56,090 bases of DNA from an uncultured Mariniphaga sp. (GTDB taxonomy: Bacteria > Bacteroidota > Bacteroidia > Bacteroidales > Prolixibacteraceae), in NCBI GenBank assembly GCA_964639655.1, contig CAZXHP010000005.1, positions 1,815 to 57,904 of the forward strand, written 5' to 3'. The notes under the pieces are model-generated. The model was not told the DNA's origin. It did no database searches and saw nothing but the letters and a program-made list of their open reading frames with translations. Position 1 is the first letter of the stretch; each line of letters opens with the position of its first letter. Position numbers and translations under genes: made by a program. Below are positions 1 through 9,280 of this stretch, piece by piece.

Positions 1-293
1 TCGTCATTACCTCTTATTTGGGCGTGACCCGAATGTTTTCCCGTAAGCAGAACACACCGGGAAGGAGCACAAACCGGAGCGCCTGCATAGTGTTGTGTAA
101 ACAGCATCCCCTTTTTGGCCAGATCGTCGATATTCGGGGTTTCAATTTTTTCCTGTCCGTAACATCCGAGTTGTCCGTATCCTATGTCGTCAGCGAGAAT
201 ATATATAATATTTGGAGGACTTACTTTTTCAGTCTGGCATGCAATGGATAGTGCCAATATACCGACTGAAACTATCTTATAATGCACCTTCAT
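1..293 (-). CDS. Sulfatase-family (S1, Cys-type) lipoprotein, N-terminal part; runs off the left edge
   Basis: Not in the ORF track because it is open at the edge. Manual minus-strand translation from ATG 293: [87 protein letters not shown]. Contains [10 protein letters not shown], the CxPxR formylglycine motif and a lipobox-like LSIAC. Confidence 0.9.
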   Translation of the reverse strand, partial: MKVHYKIVSVGILALSIACQTEKVSPPNIIYILADDIGYGQLGCYGQEKIETPNIDDLAKKGMLFTQHYAGAPVCAPSRCVLLTGKHSGHAQIRGND

Positions 294-331
294 AATAGTA
301 ATTTTTGATTTACCAAAAGCTTTATATTTGT

Positions 332-1585
332 TTATTGCACATGATTGATTGTTTTCACATTATTCGGCAGGGTAATAAATTTTGTCAATACAGCGCTGAT
401 TAAATAGAGAATGGCGAGAATCCATATCACTCCGGCATTACCGACCAGACCGATAAACAACCCGACGATTGCCGGACCGACAAACACCGGTAACCCGGCT
501 CCAAGGTTCAGAATAGCCATGGCTGCGCCTTTGTCTTTTTTTACGAGTGAAGGAACAAGGGCTGAAAGCGGAACGTAGCCGGCAAGGAATGCCCCCCAGA
601 TAATACCAGAAATCATTACAGCGAGGTAACTGCTGTCAAACAGTTGTGGTGAATAATAAAAGAGGAGTGTGGACAGTGCACATCCCACGCCGCCAAACCA
701 CATTACCGTGTTGCGCCATCCCAGTGAATCTCCCACAAAGCCAAATATCAGGTTGAAAATGATGTTGCTGGTGAAAATGGTTCCCCAGATTTGCAACCAT
801 TCAGTGGTTGAAAAACCATGTTGCGCCATATATGTCGGGAGAAATACAGGAAAAGCAAATTGGGCAGTAGTATTGATAACCCTTACCAGTCCACCCAAAA
901 ACACTTTGGGTTCTTCACGCACAATGGTCAATCCTTTAACCAGTTCTTTCAGTTTTTCTTTAAATCCTCCGCTAATGCCGGTTGCCGATTTGTTTTTTAC
1001 CATTACCAGCGCGAAAAATGCTCCGAGCAGGACCCAGCCTATGGCGCTCCAAAGTGTATTGATATATCCGATTCGGGTTATCGCCCAACTTGAGTAGAAG
1101 GCGCCAAGCACAACCAATCCCCCTGTAAAAACGAACCAAAACCATCCTACTGCTCTGCCGAGCGCATTTTTAGGACTGGCATAAGCGATCCAGACCAGAA
1201 AAGAATAGGCAAACAGGGGATACCCAAAGCCACGAAGCGCGTAGGTAACCAACATTGAACCAATATGTAACTCCGGGAGCGCATAACCCACAAAACCAAA
1301 TGTTCCTGCCAGAAAAAGTAAAAGCCCGGCTAACATTGTTTTTTTTACGCCTATACCCTCGGCCAACACACCCGACAGCCATGAGGAAATGGCAATAATT
1401 ATTCCGTACACTGAAAATAATGTTGCCGATTGCTGCATTGTTAGCCCCCTTTCAATGAGATAAGGACTTAGCCAACCCTGCTCCATGCCGTCGCCCATCA
1501 TAAAGATGAGTACACCCAGATAACCCCATGCCAATTGTTTGGGGATGCCGGCTTTTTCAAAAAAAACATTTTTGTTGTTTTTCAT
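332..1585 (-). CDS. MFS transporter, RbtT/DalT/CsbX (polyol permease) family
   Basis: 417 aa with about 12 hydrophobic segments. N-terminal [31 protein letters not shown], the [17 protein letters not shown] segment and [14 protein letters not shown] match the RbtT/DalT/CsbX family. Confidence 0.8.
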   Translation of the reverse strand: MKNNKNVFFEKAGIPKQLAWGYLGVLIFMMGDGMEQGWLSPYLIERGLTMQQSATLFSVYGIIIAISSWLSGVLAEGIGVKKTMLAGLLLFLAGTFGFVGYALPELHIGSMLVTYALRGFGYPLFAYSFLVWIAYASPKNALGRAVGWFWFVFTGGLVVLGAFYSSWAITRIGYINTLWSAIGWVLLGAFFALVMVKNKSATGISGGFKEKLKELVKGLTIVREEPKVFLGGLVRVINTTAQFAFPVFLPTYMAQHGFSTTEWLQIWGTIFTSNIIFNLIFGFVGDSLGWRNTVMWFGGVGCALSTLLFYYSPQLFDSSYLAVMISGIIWGAFLAGYVPLSALVPSLVKKDKGAAMAILNLGAGLPVFVGPAIVGLFIGLVGNAGVIWILAILYLISAVLTKFITLPNNVKTINHVQ

Positions 1586-1602
1586 ATTTCTATTTATTTA
1601 GC

Positions 1603-3171
1603 CTAATTCATAAGGTAGTTTTTAGCCAGTTCGGTGAATTTGCGTACCTGTTCTTTTTGCCAGTTTTCTGAATAATTTAATTCTTTCGCCATAATCAGAG
1701 CTACTTTGGGCGCCATTTCAATAGCAGCTTTTGCGTCGAGAAACAGTACTCTGAGTCTCCGGGCCAGTACATCTTCAACTGTTTGGGCCATTTCTTCCTT
1801 TACCGCCCAAAGTACGTGGGCAACCTTAAAGGTGTAATCCTGATGTAAAAATTCTCCGTTCTTCTTATCTTTTTGAATTATTTCAGAAATTCTTTCTGCA
1901 TCGCTGCCATAAACATAGTCCCAGACCGTTTCATCCACTTTTTCTGCATATCCGTGTAATCTCAGATTGGCGGTCGCGCATTTCCTTTGTACAAGTTTTC
2001 CGATTTTTGCTGCCTGATCTACAACCTCTTCGGCCATTTCCCTGTATGTGGTCCATTTGCCCCCGGTAATGGTAATCAATCCTGATTTCGTTTTATAAAT
2101 TTTATGGCTCCGCGAGATTTCCTTTGTTTTTTGATCATCGCCGTTGTTGGAAGCAGCGAGGGGACGAAGGCCCGCAAAAACGGAAAGTACATCTTTTCGA
2201 GTGGGTTTCACCGATAAATATTGACCTGCCTGATCCAGAATAAAGTCAACTTCCTCTTCCAATGCCCGCGGTTCCAGTTCCGAATTTTCGAGGGGTGTAT
2301 CGGTAGTACCCAATACCACTTTATTGTGCCAGGGAACGCCAAACAGCACACGTCCGTCGCTGGTTTTCGGTATCATCAGGGCTGATTTGCCCCCCAAGAA
2401 CTTTTGGTCCACAACAAGATGTACGCCCTGGCTTGGCCGAACTGTTTTACGTGTTTCGGGAGAATCCATTAACCTGATTTCATCGACAAACACCCCTGTT
2501 GCATTTACAACCACTTTGCTTTTAATACTGAATTTTTTATCGGAAAGCAAATCGACCGCTTTTACGCCACATATTTTTCCCGCTGTATTTTTCTCCAGAC
2601 CTGTTACTTTAATGTAGTTCAAACAAATTCCTCCGTTGTCGAAGGCTGTTTGCGCCAGGGTAACTGCCATTCGCGCGTCGTCGAATTGTCCGTCGTGATA
2701 AACCACACCTCCTTTCAGCCCCCTTTGTTTTAGGCCCGGAATTTCTTTCATTACCTTTTTGACGGAAAGCGGTAACGAACGGCCCAGTCCCATTTTTCCG
2801 GCCAGTATGTCGTAGAAGGTAAGACCCACAGCATAAAACGAACGTTCCCACCATTTATAGTTTCCGATGATAAACCGCATATCTTTCACCAGGTGCGGGG
2901 CATTTTTACGCATGCGACCTCTTTCCCTAAGCGCTTCCACAACCATTCGGACATCGCCCTGAGCAAGGTAACGGACACCTCCGTGAACCAGCTTGGTACT
3001 CCTGCTCGATGTGCCTTTTGCAAAATCGCTTTGTTCGAGCAGAACAACCTTGTAGCCGCGGGTTGCAGCATCTACGGCAATTCCCAGACCTGTCGCACCG
3101 CCTCCGATTACCAGGATGTCGCAGGCGAAATTTTTTTCAGCCACTGCACTGAGCATATTATTTCTATTCAT
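1603..3171 (-). CDS. glpD: FAD-dependent glycerol-3-phosphate dehydrogenase/oxidase (GlpD family)
   Basis: VIGGGATG FAD motif, DFAKGTSSRSTKLVHGGVRYL, DGQFDDARM, AGLRPL, GGKWTTYR and ARRLR. The exact polyol-phosphate substrate is not established. Confidence 0.88.
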   Translation of the reverse strand: MNRNNMLSAVAEKNFACDILVIGGGATGLGIAVDAATRGYKVVLLEQSDFAKGTSSRSTKLVHGGVRYLAQGDVRMVVEALRERGRMRKNAPHLVKDMRFIIGNYKWWERSFYAVGLTFYDILAGKMGLGRSLPLSVKKVMKEIPGLKQRGLKGGVVYHDGQFDDARMAVTLAQTAFDNGGICLNYIKVTGLEKNTAGKICGVKAVDLLSDKKFSIKSKVVVNATGVFVDEIRLMDSPETRKTVRPSQGVHLVVDQKFLGGKSALMIPKTSDGRVLFGVPWHNKVVLGTTDTPLENSELEPRALEEEVDFILDQAGQYLSVKPTRKDVLSVFAGLRPLAASNNGDDQKTKEISRSHKIYKTKSGLITITGGKWTTYREMAEEVVDQAAKIGKLVQRKCATANLRLHGYAEKVDETVWDYVYGSDAERISEIIQKDKKNGEFLHQDYTFKVAHVLWAVKEEMAQTVEDVLARRLRVLFLDAKAAIEMAPKVALIMAKELNYSENWQKEQVRKFTELAKNYLMN

Positions 3172-3289
3172 CTGTGCAAGTTATTTTTACATTATATGAT
3201 TTTTATCTCCTGTCGGTTAGTAAGCCATAAGAACCGGTACCGGGTTATTTTTTTTAAAAACGGAATTCGGTTATTTATACTTACACTAA

Positions 3290-3350
3290 AAAACGTTTAA
3301 AACGAAACAACAACTGTTATAAATTTTTCTTTTTGTTTCTATATGTTTCG
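3290..3350. promoter_or_regulatory. Candidate DeoR-family operator(s) in the glpD leader
   Basis: TAAAACGAAACAA (3298-3310) is identical to 25730-25742 in the deoR/GDPD divergent region. TGTTTCT (3334) and TGTTTCG (3344) repeat with a 10-bp period. Both lie just downstream of a minus-strand -7 element. Confidence 0.5.
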
Positions 3351-3360
3351 AAAACAACAG

Positions 3361-3368
3361 CAAATATA
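3361..3368 (-). promoter_or_regulatory. Bacteroidota sigma-A -7 element (TATATTTG) for the glpD-MFS-sulfatase unit
   Basis: Plus-strand CAAATATA reads TAnnTTTG on the minus strand, inside the 247-bp gap upstream of glpD. No clear -33 element. Confidence 0.6.
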
Positions 3369-3418
3369 AACAAAAAGAAATATAATTGGTTATATACGAT
3401 GTTTGTTCTTTCTTTTTT

Positions 3419-5008
3419 TTATTGCTTTTTTAAACTTGTCTTATTTGTGATTTCCGGGAAATATTCAGCTAAATCTGTGGGATCGTCCATTTCCTTCTGC
3501 AATTGCAACAGTTTTTTAAAAAGTTTTACTTTGGTTTCTTCGTATTCCGGAGCATTGGCAACGTCATGTAATTCAAGCGGATCGCCGGCTAAATCATAAA
3601 GCCTCATAACTTTAATGCGTGGATAAACAACCAGTTTAAACCCGTCGTCACGGATCATTCGCTGGTGGGTTCTGTATGCACCGTAAATTTCAGGGTAAAA
3701 CGACTCTTCCCTTTCCCCCCTGATGATTGGCATAAAACTGTTAAATTCGACATAATCCGGTTTTTCCATTCCGGCAATGTCGAGCGCCGAAGCCATAATA
3801 TCCTGAAGATAAATATCTGCATCAATCCTTTTGTTTTCCTGAACATCCGGCCCGATGACAAAAAATGGCACCCGGATGGAATGATCGTACATATTTTGTT
3901 TTCCCATCAATCCATGTTTTCCAACTGCCAGACCATGATCTGCCGTAAAAAAGATATACGTATTATCTGCTTTCCCCGATTTTTCAAGGGCATCCAATAT
4001 CCGGCCAATCTGCCGATCCATGTGGGTTATTATGGCATAATATTCCTGACTGTGCACTTTAACGGCATATTCTGTCCGCGGGTAAGGTGCAACACTTTCA
4101 TCGCGTTGCCCCGGGTAAAGTCCTGTGCCTTCTCCTCTGTAAGTATATTCGGGTAAAAAAGTTTCAGGTACTGAAATATTTTCAAGAGGATACATATCTA
4201 TGTATTCTTCAGGAGATTGCCGGGGGTCGTGTGGTGCGTTAAAAGCCAGGTACATAAAAAACGGGTTGTCCTTTTTTTGAGCAGAATCAAGAAATGTAAT
4301 AGCATCATCTGCAAGTACTTCGCTCCAATGTTTTCCACCTTCCCAAAAACCTCCCAATTCTTTATCCCAGGGTTTCCAGGTCGTATCGCCCGGGCTTAAA
4401 GGTCTGTTATAACCCAACGGCATTATTGTATCATAACCCACAGGGACAATGCCTCCGGCATCCAGACCATATCTTTTTGTATTTGCTTCTATTTTCTTCA
4501 TCACCTGTTGTTTATTCCAGGCATCTTGCGGCATACCGGGACGAATGTGAACCACATGATCGAACAACTTTTGCGCGTCGGTTTTTACATGCCATTTGCC
4601 TGTCATATAGGTTTCATAACCAGCCTTCTGCATGAGCTGCCCCCACATTTCTCCCCGGTCGGCTAAATCCTGCTGACGATCTTCATATTGATGGGCTCTC
4701 CACAAAAACCTTCCCGTATTAAGCATTGCCCGGCTGGCAACACAAACTGCTCCGTTCCAGGCCCCCATGTTGAATGCGTGGGTAAATGTAACGCCGCTGT
4801 TTGCGAGTTTATCCAATGTGGGCGTATGAATTTCCTCATTTCCCAGCGCATGGATTGTGGAATAAGATTGATCGTCGGCAAAAATGAACAGAATATTGGG
4901 TTTCTTCCGAATTTCATTTGAATCGCCTGTTGATCTCTCACCTGAATTACAACCTGTGAAAACAACTAATATCAAAAATGATATAAAAGTTAATATAAAC
5001 TGTTTCAT
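3419..5008 (-). CDS. Sulfatase-family hydrolase (Cys-type, choline-sulfatase-like), lipoprotein
   Basis: KPNILFIFADD, CVASRAMLNTG, TGKWH, APHDP, TADHG, GKQNMY and LYDLAGDPLEL. Lipobox VFTGC. Confidence 0.88.
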   Translation of the reverse strand: MKQFILTFISFLILVVFTGCNSGERSTGDSNEIRKKPNILFIFADDQSYSTIHALGNEEIHTPTLDKLANSGVTFTHAFNMGAWNGAVCVASRAMLNTGRFLWRAHQYEDRQQDLADRGEMWGQLMQKAGYETYMTGKWHVKTDAQKLFDHVVHIRPGMPQDAWNKQQVMKKIEANTKRYGLDAGGIVPVGYDTIMPLGYNRPLSPGDTTWKPWDKELGGFWEGGKHWSEVLADDAITFLDSAQKKDNPFFMYLAFNAPHDPRQSPEEYIDMYPLENISVPETFLPEYTYRGEGTGLYPGQRDESVAPYPRTEYAVKVHSQEYYAIITHMDRQIGRILDALEKSGKADNTYIFFTADHGLAVGKHGLMGKQNMYDHSIRVPFFVIGPDVQENKRIDADIYLQDIMASALDIAGMEKPDYVEFNSFMPIIRGEREESFYPEIYGAYRTHQRMIRDDGFKLVVYPRIKVMRLYDLAGDPLELHDVANAPEYEETKVKLFKKLLQLQKEMDDPTDLAEYFPEITNKTSLKKQ

Positions 5009-5029
5009 TTTTTAATGTTTTTATATTGT

Positions 5030-5938
5030 TTATACCTCCACTTCTGCCGAAACGAAAAAATGGTCGCTCGGATAACGGCCTTCGTCAGTGTCAATTATTA
5101 TCTGCGCCTTATTGGCTTTGGTATTGCCACGGGCAAAAATGTAATCGATTGGCCCTCGGGTTGACTTGCTTTCTTTCCCGGCAAAACCATGTCCGGTAAA
5201 GTTGGGATAGTGAGAGCCATGAACCGAGGCATAGGTGTCGGTCCAGCCGGATTCTTTTACGATATCAAGAACCGGATTCCTAAAATCGGCATTAAAATCA
5301 CCGGCAAGAATTTGGGGAAATTCTTGCTGATACTGTTCGCTTTCCTTTAAAATCAGGCCAATTTGCATTTCCCGTGAATCTTGTGATACATGGTCCAAAT
5401 GTGTGTTGATCACCCTAAATTCTTTTTGGCTTTCAATATCTTTTAAACGCACCCAGTTTGCATGCCTGGCCCGCGCCGTTCCCCATGATTTGCTTCCGCC
5501 GATTAAAGGCTGATCCGATAACCAGAAACTTCCACCCGATAGCAGTTCGTATCTTTCCCTTGAAAAAAGGATTGGATTTTTGGCAATCCAGTGATAGCCA
5601 ACCGGAATCGGATCCATTTCGGGGCCTTCGAAACCGAAAGATGCAAACTCGGGGAAGAACGATCGCATATCGTCCATTTGTATTTTAATAACCTCCTGCA
5701 GGCAAATTACGTCGGGCGCCTGCGACCGGATAACATCCGCACATAATTTTTTACGGGAACTCCAGCCGACGCCTTTCTCTTCATCTTCAGGAAGTGCTAC
5801 CCGGATATTACAGGTTATTATTTTGTGGGCGGGTTCCCCTGTTGCATTGACAATATTGTCCTTTAGAATACTTTCCGGTGAAAGAAACATTCCGGCTGAT
5901 GCTGCCGCTGTTCCGCTTAAAAATTTTCTCCTGTCCAT
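5030..5938 (-). CDS. Endonuclease/exonuclease/phosphatase (EEP) family protein with Tat signal
   Basis: Start moved to ATG 5938 (MDRRKFLSGTAAASAG, twin-arginine). Motifs TCNIR, CLQEV, NTHLDH, AGDFN, IDYIF, PSDH. Confidence 0.88.
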   Translation of the reverse strand: MDRRKFLSGTAAASAGMFLSPESILKDNIVNATGEPAHKIITCNIRVALPEDEEKGVGWSSRKKLCADVIRSQAPDVICLQEVIKIQMDDMRSFFPEFASFGFEGPEMDPIPVGYHWIAKNPILFSRERYELLSGGSFWLSDQPLIGGSKSWGTARARHANWVRLKDIESQKEFRVINTHLDHVSQDSREMQIGLILKESEQYQQEFPQILAGDFNADFRNPVLDIVKESGWTDTYASVHGSHYPNFTGHGFAGKESKSTRGPIDYIFARGNTKANKAQIIIDTDEGRYPSDHFFVSAEVEV

Positions 5939-6008
5939 CTGCCCATTATTTTTTTGTTGAATGAAGTATTTGTATAGCGTATGTCCCAATGGTCGATTGC
6001 ATTTGATA

Positions 6009-6896
6009 TTACTGATTGATTCTTTTAACAGTCGCTTTTACAGGCCAGTGATCCGAAGGATAAAATCCATCGTAACAGGTAGTTATAACACCGGCATTTT
6101 TAACTGTAAGATTTTCTGAACAGAGTATCCAGTCAATCTTTTTTTCTCCTGTACCTTTCCACCTGTGAAATGTATCTCCTTTTTCACCATGGGCGCAAAA
6201 CAGGTTAAAACCATTACCTTTTTTGATGGTTGTTATTTCAGGGGCGCCGGGTTCTGCATTAAAATCACCCAGAATAATTACCGGAAGTCCCTGATAGTTT
6301 TTTTTGACAACGTCCAAAATGATGTTGGCAGTCGAAACTCTTTCCTCGGAAGAAACTGTAGTCCAGTGGCTATTGCAGAAGAAATACCGGTTTTTCGTTT
6401 CTTTTTCTTGTAAAATTACCCATGTTCCGGCCCTCTTATCCGTAAACTGCATTTGAAAAGTGCCTTGTGCCTTTAAGGAAAACCGGGTTCTTTTAAAATA
6501 GATTATTTTGGGTGAACCGAACTGGCCCGACGACAGGTATTTGTCATACCCTTCCGCATTTAACTGGTTGCTAAGCCAATCGGACATCCAGTCGGCGGCA
6601 ATTTCCTGCACACCGAGCACATCCGGGCTGTTCTCTATGATAACCTTCAGAATATTCCATTTGCGTTCATCCAGTGACTGTGGGTCGCTTTCGACCTCGT
6701 TTCTCAGGTTAAAAGACGTAACAACAAATTCATTTGCTGATATCGTGTCCTGAACATCAGAATCTTCTTTTCCATTTTCCGGAAGTGTATATTCCTTCTC
6801 ACACGCAGCCAAAAGCAAAACGAGGATTACCGAAAGCAATGAAAAAAGATGATTCCTTGCCGGGGAAGTGGATATGTACGAATGTTTATCGCCCAT
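6009..6896 (-). CDS. EEP family lipoprotein
   Basis: Lipobox LLAAC. Motifs SFNLR, GVQE, NSHW, LGDFN, IDWIL, PSDH. Confidence 0.85.
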   Translation of the reverse strand: MGDKHSYISTSPARNHLFSLLSVILVLLLAACEKEYTLPENGKEDSDVQDTISANEFVVTSFNLRNEVESDPQSLDERKWNILKVIIENSPDVLGVQEIAADWMSDWLSNQLNAEGYDKYLSSGQFGSPKIIYFKRTRFSLKAQGTFQMQFTDKRAGTWVILQEKETKNRYFFCNSHWTTVSSEERVSTANIILDVVKKNYQGLPVIILGDFNAEPGAPEITTIKKGNGFNLFCAHGEKGDTFHRWKGTGEKKIDWILCSENLTVKNAGVITTCYDGFYPSDHWPVKATVKRINQ

Positions 6897-6916
6897 TCTG
6901 CCCTTGCTTTACAAAA

Positions 6917-8290
6917 TCAAACACGCAGAAATGCGCCTTCCGACAACAATTCCTCCCTCAATTTTGCCACGTTTATTTCCGACGGAAGAACGCCGTTTCG
7001 GACTGCCATTTTTGCTGCACGGCCGGCAGCTTCTCCCATGGCCATACATGGAGCCATTACCCGGATTGCCGACATGGCCTCATGCGTTGCCGAAATGCTC
7101 CGCCCGGCCACAAGAAGGTTTTCCACGTTTAGCGGAACCAAAGAACGGTACGGAATGTCGTAACAGTCGCCGCTCCATTCCAGCGTACAATCGCCTCCTA
7201 CCGGATGGTGAATATCGAGCGGGTAGCTTGCAACTGCAATGCCGTCGTCGAATTTTCGGCAACTCAAAATATCGTCGCGGGTCATCACATATTCTCCCAC
7301 AATGCGCCTCGTTTCACGGATTCCCAGGAACGGCGCCGTTCTCGACAGGTAGGCATTTTCAAAACCAGGAACATATTCGATAAGATATTTCGAAATATCT
7401 TCTATCTGTTTTCTGGCAATATATTCCCCTTTTGTCAGGCTGGCCGGGTCGGTGCCGTCCACGCCGTTTACACGCGTCATGTTAATCCAGGCCTCGCCTT
7501 TTTTCAGGCCTGTAATGACAATTGTCCGATCGGTCGGAAGGTTAAACCCGTCTTCCCTCGCTTTTTGGATGAGGCTTCTCAACCCGACCACAATAAACTG
7601 ATGGTTCTGTCCAAAATATTCGGAAGGGATGAAGTCGGTCAAATAAGTACGGGGCTCTTCTGCAATGCTTTGGCGCAGTTTTTCGGTATCCGCATTTCCG
7701 AGGCTGAACATGAGGGTGGGAGGTTGCACTCCGCCGTGTTCGTCGCCCTGTTCGCAGGGAACACCGGAGTTATAAGCAACATCGGCATCGCCGGAGCAGT
7801 CGATAACTGTATTTGCCCGGATCACTTCCCTGCCCGATTTGCTTTCAATAATTACTCCTTTCAGGCGGTTTCCTTCCATAACTACACCGGTACAAAATGT
7901 ATATAACATTACTTCCACACCGCTTTCGACCAGCATTTCGAACGCTTCTGCTTTTACAGCTTCGGGCTCGACCAGGGTGATGCTCATGTGCAGCGGGCAG
8001 GGCCGGTGTTCGCTGGCCGCATCGCGCGCTGCAAGCCGGTCGATAAATTTTTGGGGAAGGCCTTTTATAATCTGATTTTTTTTCTGCCCTAAAAAACCTA
8101 AGATCGGCAGGCCAATCGTCATGTTTCCGCCTAAAAAACTGCGGCTTTCGATTAATGCAACTTTTAATCCGTCGTCAGCCGCAGCCCGGGCAGCGATGAT
8201 ACCCGACGGCCCGCCGCCAACAACCAACACATCCACATCCATTCGAACCCGCAGTTCTTTTGCTGGTTCTTTCCATATTTTCTTTTCCAT
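6917..8290 (-). CDS. FAD-dependent oxidoreductase (FAD_oxidored/PF12831-like), substrate unknown
   Basis: DVLVVGGGPSG, IDCSGDADVA, GIRETRRIVG, YDIPYRSLVP-NVENLLVAGRSIS and RVMAPCMAMGEAAG. No signal peptide. Confidence 0.85.
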   Translation of the reverse strand: MEKKIWKEPAKELRVRMDVDVLVVGGGPSGIIAARAAADDGLKVALIESRSFLGGNMTIGLPILGFLGQKKNQIIKGLPQKFIDRLAARDAASEHRPCPLHMSITLVEPEAVKAEAFEMLVESGVEVMLYTFCTGVVMEGNRLKGVIIESKSGREVIRANTVIDCSGDADVAYNSGVPCEQGDEHGGVQPPTLMFSLGNADTEKLRQSIAEEPRTYLTDFIPSEYFGQNHQFIVVGLRSLIQKAREDGFNLPTDRTIVITGLKKGEAWINMTRVNGVDGTDPASLTKGEYIARKQIEDISKYLIEYVPGFENAYLSRTAPFLGIRETRRIVGEYVMTRDDILSCRKFDDGIAVASYPLDIHHPVGGDCTLEWSGDCYDIPYRSLVPLNVENLLVAGRSISATHEAMSAIRVMAPCMAMGEAAGRAAKMAVRNGVLPSEINVAKLREELLSEGAFLRV

Positions 8291-8323
8291 ATTGTGTCAA
8301 TCAATTTTTTTTACACTCACCTT

Positions 8324-9280
8324 TTATTTTATATCTATTACCACTTCATTGCTATATTCACCCAAAACGGAAACCAGAATGTTGTTCTCCGTTAAACGGA
8401 CTAACCTCCAGTTTTCCGGGCCTTTAACCAAAGCATCTGTTCCAACCTGTACTATTTCGTTATCAGCTTCAACCGGAAACCGCATGACAGCGCCTTTATG
8501 GTAATGCCCTGCAAATATCAGTTTTACCGATGGGGTTTGTGCCAGTTCCGCATAGAGTTCATTCGCCGATTCAGGCAGGGCCGATTTTTCTGTAAAAGGA
8601 ATATGCATCAGAATGATTTCAATGTCATCATCCGATGCGTTTAATTCGGCCCTCAACCAATGCAATTGTGGTTTGTCGATGTATGGATTTACCATATTTT
8701 CATCTTTACGAAACCGGTAAAAACCGTTATCGAGAAAAATAAGCCGGTAGGTTGTTTCCCCCACCTGATGGATCTGGCTGTAATGGGTTCCATTCCTGAA
8801 ACAGTCGAAGTTTCTGATCCACGTCGCCCTGGCACGCCCGGTCTGGTTCTGGTTTGGTATCACTCTGTTGTTTCCCCAGTCGTAGGAAAAAATATCGTGA
8901 TTCCCGATTGTTAAATAGATGGGAATCTGAAAATTTTCCAAATACTGAGCAAATTGTTCAACCTGGTATTCAAGTGTTTTTCCACCAGGTGTTTTGGCAT
9001 CGAAAAAATCTATCATATCACCGGTAGCGATTACCATATCGCTGTTGGTTCGATCAGGAACCGTTTGCATAAACTGCTTGAAAAATGAATTTGCATTTAT
9101 ATAATCTCTTGTATATTCGCGGTGGTGAACAATCTCGGAATCATAACTTTCCAGGTTGAACATGGTGTGCATATCGGTAATATGCAGAAACGACAAAGTG
9201 TCTTTTTGAGCCAGAACGGTTCCGCTTGTCAACAGACATAAGAAAAATACCTTCACCTTCAATTTAAAATTCACTTTCAT
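8324..9280 (-). CDS. Secreted calcineurin-like metallophosphoesterase
   Basis: Sec signal ending VLA-Q. All five motifs present: HITDMH, TGDMID, IGNHD, LMHIP, FAGHYH. Confidence 0.88.
   Translation of the reverse strand: MKVNFKLKVKVFFLCLLTSGTVLAQKDTLSFLHITDMHTMFNLESYDSEIVHHREYTRDYINANSFFKQFMQTVPDRTNSDMVIATGDMIDFFDAKTPGGKTLEYQVEQFAQYLENFQIPIYLTIGNHDIFSYDWGNNRVIPNQNQTGRARATWIRNFDCFRNGTHYSQIHQVGETTYRLIFLDNGFYRFRKDENMVNPYIDKPQLHWLRAELNASDDDIEIILMHIPFTEKSALPESANELYAELAQTPSVKLIFAGHYHKGAVMRFPVEADNEIVQVGTDALVKGPENWRLVRLTENNILVSVLGEYSNEVVIDIK

Noticed and set aside
18..251. 77-aa plus-strand ORF
   Set aside because: It is antisense to a clear sulfatase N-terminus on the minus strand.
3333..3599. 88-aa plus-strand ORF over the glpD promoter region
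   Set aside because: Low-complexity translation of AT-rich regulatory DNA and the antisense of the sulfatase 3' end. No motif.
6734..8504. Several long plus-strand ORFs (e.g. 7205-7906) and the locally higher GC of the FAD oxidoreductase
   Set aside because: These are shadow ORFs opposite a well-supported gene. The GC can be explained by Gly/Ala-rich coding and I could not quantify it, so no transfer claim is made.
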